The notes beneath the pieces are model-generated. The model was not told where the DNA came from. It did no database searches and saw only the letters and a program-made list of their open reading frames with translations. From NCBI RefSeq assembly GCF_018977255.1, contig NW_024704742.1, positions 129,458,001 to 129,522,000 of the forward strand: a DNA stretch of 64,000 nucleotides, in the 5' to 3' direction. Every line of letters starts with the position of its first letter. Position 1 is the first letter of the stretch. Positions 59,401-64,000 of the stretch are shown one piece after another. Source of the stretch: Callorhinchus milii. Taxonomy: Eukaryota. A program made the position numbers and the translations under genes.

Positions 59401-62400
59401 AAAAATGCAACAAATAATAACACTTTACATTTGATACGGTGCCTTTCATGGCGGGAGGACATTTCGAAGTGATATACTGCAAAGTGAAATAACACACCAA
59501 ATCAAAGTGATTAAAGTGAAACCCTTACGAAAGCAGAACTCTCTCGGGTAAAGAAGAGGTGCTTTTGGGTAAATATTGGGTTGGGTAAGAGAATAAAAAT
59601 CCCACAAGAAAAAAAAACTAACCTAGTATATTCTCTGACGCACGTGTTAAGGCACTATCAAACGCAATGATTTTTATTATTATTATAGGTTTCACTTACT
59701 TACCTCCAAGTGCTTAGACAGAATGACAGTAAATAAAAGGCTCTCAGGGGCCAATGAAGAGAAAACATGTAACCTGTATCTCAATGAAAACACACTCAAC
59801 TTCAATTAAGCACAACAACAACAAAATTACATTTGTATAGCGCCTTTCATGTCAGGAGGACGTCCCAAGGCGCTGGAGAGACAGAGTTACAGACCCGAGC
59901 TGAGGGTCAGGGTGGGGGAGGGTGGAGCGCGGGGGGAAAGCAGGGAGATCGAAAGAACGGTCGAAGAGGAAAGTCTTAAGGTCAGCTTGAAGGTGGCGAC
60001 GGAAGGGGTGAGACAGAGGGACTGCGGGATGGAGTTCCAGAGGGTGGGTGCAGAGTGGCGGAAGGCCCAACCACCAATAGTGGGGCGAGCGAGGCAGGAG
60101 ACGTGAAGCACACCGGAGCCCACTGAGTGGAGGGAACGAACAGGGTGATAGGGGGTTAGGAAGTCGGAGAGGTAAGGGGGAGCAAGACCATGGAGGGCTT
60201 TGAAGGTGAGGACCAGCATCCTGAACTATATCCTCTGTGTGATGGGAAGCCAGTGGAGTTGAGCAAGGATGGAGGTGATAGTGTCGCGGAGTCTAGTGTG
60301 GGAGAGGACACGGGCTGCAGAATTCTGGATGATCTGCAGCCTGTGGAGGGAGGAGGTGCGGAGGCCGACAGGTAGTGAGTTTCCATAGTCAAGCTCGATG
60401 TAGTGAAGGCATGTATGAGGGTTTCGGCGGTCTGCGGTGTGAGACAATGTCGGAGCCGGGTGACATTGTGGAGGTGGGGGAAGGCAGAGTGGTTCATGGC
60501 GCAGATGTGTGATAGAAAGAATAATTGAGGGTCAAACAAGACGCCAAAGTTCCGGACACACAGAGTAGGCATTCTATGTGTTGTAATCCAATGGGTGTTA
60601 TCTTACTGCAGTTGGTAACACTCCTCTCACATCTGAGACAGAAGATTGTGGGTTAGAAGGGAATGTAGCTCAGTGGTAGAGCACATGCTTTGTATCATAA
60701 TAATAATAATCCTTGCATTTGATATAGCGCTTTTCAGGTCGGGAGGACGTCCCAAAGCGCTTCACAGAACACACTGTAAAGTGAATTAACTGTATATTTG
60801 TGGGCGAACGCGGCAGCCAATTGCGCACAGCAATGTCCCACAAACAGTCGTCGATTGAAAATGACCAATTTATTTTGGTTTTGGAGGGATTATTATTAAG
60901 CGTGTGGAGTAAGGAAACTTGCCCAAGGTTTCGCCCTGCCTGGAATTGAACCCAGGTGTCTCGCTTGCAAAGCGAGTGCACTAACCACTGAGCTACAGGA
61001 GTCCACAATGTATGTATGTTCTATCCCCAGCATCTCCACAGATTTTTGACAGAATGGGTGGAAGACGCCAGGATACGAGACTGATTTTAAAAAAAATTAT
61101 GTTGCAACAGGGTGGGAGAGACAGGGCGGTTTGAGATCAGATGGGTTGAGGGACCATAAGACGTAGCAGCAGGAGTAAGCCATTCGGCCCCTCGAGCCTC
61201 CCCCGCCATTCAATAAGATCATGGCTGATCTTCTTACCTAATTTCAATTACCCGCCCTATCCCCATATCTCTTAATCCCTCGATCCTTTAGAAATCTATC
61301 AACCTCAGTCTTGAATATGTTCAAGGACTGAGCAACTACAGCCCTTTGGGGTAGAGAATTCCATAAGTATCCCCCAAGCCCTCCACCATTTTTTTCCGCC
61401 CCTGGAAAATGCTTCCTGAGTCTCTAATAACTGCCCTCTCTTCCTCAGACCTCCTCTCCATCTGGCCCTCCACCCAAAACAATCCTGATGCAGCCATCAA
61501 GGTGCTGAATGTCTGTCTCTCCACATCCTTCAATTCCCTGGCTCCCCTGAAATACAGGGTTGTTTCCAAACCCACCCACTCCCCCTGGTACAACAGTCAT
61601 CTCCACTCACTCAAAACACAAACCCGGATGCTCGAGCCCAGATGGCAGAAATCCGGCTTCATGATTCACCGCCAGGTGTGGCTTGAGGACCTGAGCATTT
61701 CTCTTTCACAGGCCAAAGCTGACTTTTACTCCAAAGTCATCCTGGAGGCAATCAACAAAAACACTGTTTTCCACCATCCATTGCCTCCTCCGTGTACTCC
61801 CTCAAGCCCCCTTGATCCTCACGTCAAACGCCAAGTGTGAAGAGGTCCTAGACTTCTTCGCCTCAAAAATTGAAAACATTCTCTTGGCTGCATCGTCCTC
61901 CTCCCATTCCCCACGTCTCCTTCATGTTTTCATAGCCCCATCTTATCAGGATGACTTCGGAGTAAAAGTCCCACCTGAAAACTTTCCTCTTCGACCATGC
62001 TTATGGCCACCTTCCCACTTGCCCCTTCTTTCTCCATCTTCAGGTCGCGCCTGAGGACCTTTCTATTCGACCATGCCTACCGTCACCACCACCCTCCCCC
62101 CAGCTCGGCATTGTGTTCCTCCACTGTCAAGCACCCTGGGACGCTACCCTGTGTGAATAGCGCTATATAAATGAAAGTTATTGATGTTGAATGGCATTTT
62201 AGTTTTATCCAACGAACATAAAAAAAACTAATTACGAGTCAAAGAGGAATTAATCTGAAGCTTGAACAGGTAAATAATAACTACTGCATTTATCAAAAAT
62301 AAAAATAATGGAAGAAAACGCAGAAGCATAACTTTCATCCATAATAACTACAAACATCTATTGCCCATCGCCAAAGGGCAATTATAAAATTTCAAGTGTA

Positions 62401-62865
62401 AGGTCATTATCTACACAATTCCCACTGGAAATCTTTTCATGTGCATTTCTAGTTTCAAAAAAGAGAGCTTTTAATATTATTCAAATAGAGCTGAATACCT
62501 TTAGACCAATTCAGTTTTGTCCAATAATTATACCTAAGAGCGAAAGCAGTCACAACTTAAGAAGTAAATTCATCACCATTATCTACGTGACTGAGTAATG
62601 CTTAACTGAATGAGCAATACAATTCACAAACCTTGTAGTACGGAAGGCTCCTGCATAGGAAATTGTGTGTGGCCCACTAGTCTCGCTCATGCCGTAAAGC
62701 TCATAGATTGGAATATGGAGGCTAAGGAAGAATTCCAGTGTTTCTTTAGTGATGGGTGCTGCTCCAGTGAAACACTTCCCACAGTGGTTCAAACCCAGTG
62801 CTTTACGAACTTTCTTAAACACCAGGCTGTTTGCCAGTGAGTACCCACAGGGCATTACGTCATTT
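56413..62865 (-). CDS. ACSBG2: ACSBG2-like acyl-CoA synthetase, canonical copy B, last 5 coding exons; 5' part beyond window
   Basis: Exons 62865-62632, 59350-59133, 58696-58557, 57843-57597, 56489-56413. Canonical ELYGMSETSGPHT, GWLHSGDLG, TGRIKELIITAGGENIPP, SNAQKI, GGELGPTMK. Confidence 0.93.
57597..57843 (-). CDS. ACSBG2: ACSBG copy B exon (CMVNEQTGAP...DFSITGGEL)
   Basis: TTCTAG| acceptor, G|GTAAGC donor, 247 nt. Confidence 0.95.
58557..58696 (-). CDS. ACSBG2: ACSBG copy B exon (ELIITAGGENIPP...LLSLK)
   Basis: TTTCAG| acceptor, AAG|GTAAGC donor, 140 nt. Confidence 0.95.
59133..59350 (-). CDS. ACSBG2: ACSBG copy B exon (CGKQLLG...GFLYITGRIK)
   Basis: TACCAG| acceptor, G|GTAACT donor, 218 nt. 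Confidence 0.95.
59812..60556 (-). mobile_element. L2-clade 3' fragment
   Basis: [27 protein letters not shown]. Confidence 0.87.
60659..61038 (+). pseudogene. tRNA-Ala(TGC)-derived pseudogene split by a SINE
   Basis: 5' half GGGAATGTAGCTCAGTGGTAGAGCACATGCTTTGTAT (60659-60695); 3' half GTATGTTCTATCCCCAGCATCTCCA (to 61038); TGTAT duplicated around the SINE; T5 at 61043-61047. Confidence 0.8.
60696..61006 (-). mobile_element. Full-length young tRNA-headed SINE
   Basis: Close reverse-complement match to 11213-11532; flanked by TGTAT direct repeats. Confidence 0.9.
61370..62180 (+). mobile_element. Internally deleted L2-clade fragment
   Basis: LAPLKYR..SPWYN..FYSKVILEA linker region followed by a 3' tail. 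Confidence 0.75.
62632..62865 (-). CDS. ACSBG2: ACSBG copy B exon (GAAPITKETLEFF...YGMSETSGPHT)
   Basis: TTGTAG| acceptor, AG|GTTTGT donor, 234 nt. Confidence 0.95.
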
Positions 62866-62969
62866 CTACAATAGAAAAGACGCAAGAATTGTGAAAAAGA
62901 CGGGCGAAATGTGACAGATAATTGCACTCGAGTCCCACAAGTCATGGATTGAGTGAACAAATGCAGTAA

Positions 62970-63956
62970 AAAAATGCAGCGCGACATGGATAGGTTAGGT
63001 GATTGGGCAGGTGGCAGATGAAGTATAATGTAGGGAAGTGCGAAGTCATCCACCTAGGTAGCAAAAACAGTAGAGCAGATTATTTTTTTTAGAAGGGGAG
63101 AGATGGAATGTGTTAGTGTCCAGAGGGACTTGGGTGTCCTTGTACACCAATCACAGAAAGTTAGTCTGCAGGTGCAGCAGCAATTAGGAAGGCGAACGGT
63201 ATGTTAGCATTCATTATGAAAGGATTAGAGTATGCAGCTCAGTGGTTAGAGCACTCGCTTTGCAAGTGAGAGACCTGAATTCAATTCCAGACAGGGCGAA
63301 ACCTTGGGCAAGTTTCCTTACTCCACACGCCTAATAATAATCCCTCCAAAAACAATAATAAATTGGTCATTTTCAGGGATATCCTATTGTTGATGAGTTC
63401 TGACCTAAACAAACTCATCACACATAAATGGCAATTTTGTGTTTTGCGCTGCAGTTACACCTAGTGGCCGCGCGGACTCACAGTGGCGTTATGACATCAT
63501 GTTTCACAGAGCAAGTACGTACGCACGCATTCAGGCAAAGCCTGGCAGTGGTGAGGTGGAAGTTACCTCGAGTGGCTTTGCCTTTCAGGTGCTTTTCCTG
63601 TTGCTCCTGGTCAGATCCGGGCAGGGCCGTACCATACCAGATTTGGGCTGCTGGCGGGTGGAGAAACTAAAACCAGGGGTCACAACCTTAAAATCAGAGG
63701 CCAGCCCTTTCGCACTGAGTTGAGGAAGAACTTCTTCACTCAAAGGGTGGTGAATGTATGGAACTCACTACCCCAAAGGGCTGTTGACGCTCAGTCCACT
63801 GAGATAGATATATTTCTTATTGCAAAAGGGATTAAGGAATATGGGGATAAGGCAAGGTCAGGTTATTAGCTGGAGTTAGATTAGAAGATCAGCCATGATT
63901 GAATGGCGGGGCAGGCTCGAAGGGCCGAATGGCTTACTCCTGCTCCTACATGCTAT
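62970..63956 (+). mobile_element. CR1 3' fragment interrupted by a truncated SINE (~63232-63375) and a non-repeat insert (~63376-63667)
   Basis: Matches the RT C-terminus and 3'UTR of the 48-52 kb CR1. Confidence 0.82.
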
Positions 63957-64000
63957 GTTAAAAACTTGGATTTATATAGCGCCCTCCACGCTGGACGGCA

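Noticed and set aside
63365..63405. TTTCAGGGAT resembling the U3 snoRNA 5' end, and a TGATGA..CTGA C/D-like pair
   Set aside because: TTTCA belongs to the SINE, the rest does not follow U3, and the boxes are only 3 nt apart.
1..64000. CRISPR arrays, operons or other prokaryotic systems
   Set aside because: The sequence is intron-containing vertebrate DNA; recurring short motifs are dispersed SINE/LINE tails, not regularly spaced repeat-spacer units.

Overview
Vertebrate genomic DNA. The repeat content (CR1 and L2 LINEs, tRNA-derived SINEs with an L2-like tail) suggests a cartilaginous fish, possibly a chimaera; this is inference. The window holds: (1) the last 8 coding exons (first one partial) and 3'UTR of a plus-strand HERC1-like HECT E3 ligase (1-8589); (2) a complete, open but strongly diverged 14-coding-exon bubblegum-type acyl-CoA synthetase (ACSBG2-like copy A, minus strand, 13278-37979, about 811 aa); (3) the last 5 coding exons of a second, canonical ACSBG2-like gene (copy B, minus strand, 56413-62865), which continues past the window end. 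Introns and intergenic DNA are dense with nested retroelements, including a full-length CR1 with an intact ORF2, a solo LTR, an R4/Dong-like remnant and an unclassified foldback/MITE family. Best leads: motif-II changes in ACSBG copy A; a UUUAAAC slippery site at the AUG-less CR1 ORF1/ORF2 junction; two local inverted templated duplications; a foldback element in the same intron of both paralogs; and a tRNA-Ala pseudogene split by a SINE. Exon coordinates were read by hand from splice sites and phase continuity. Transposon boundaries are approximate.
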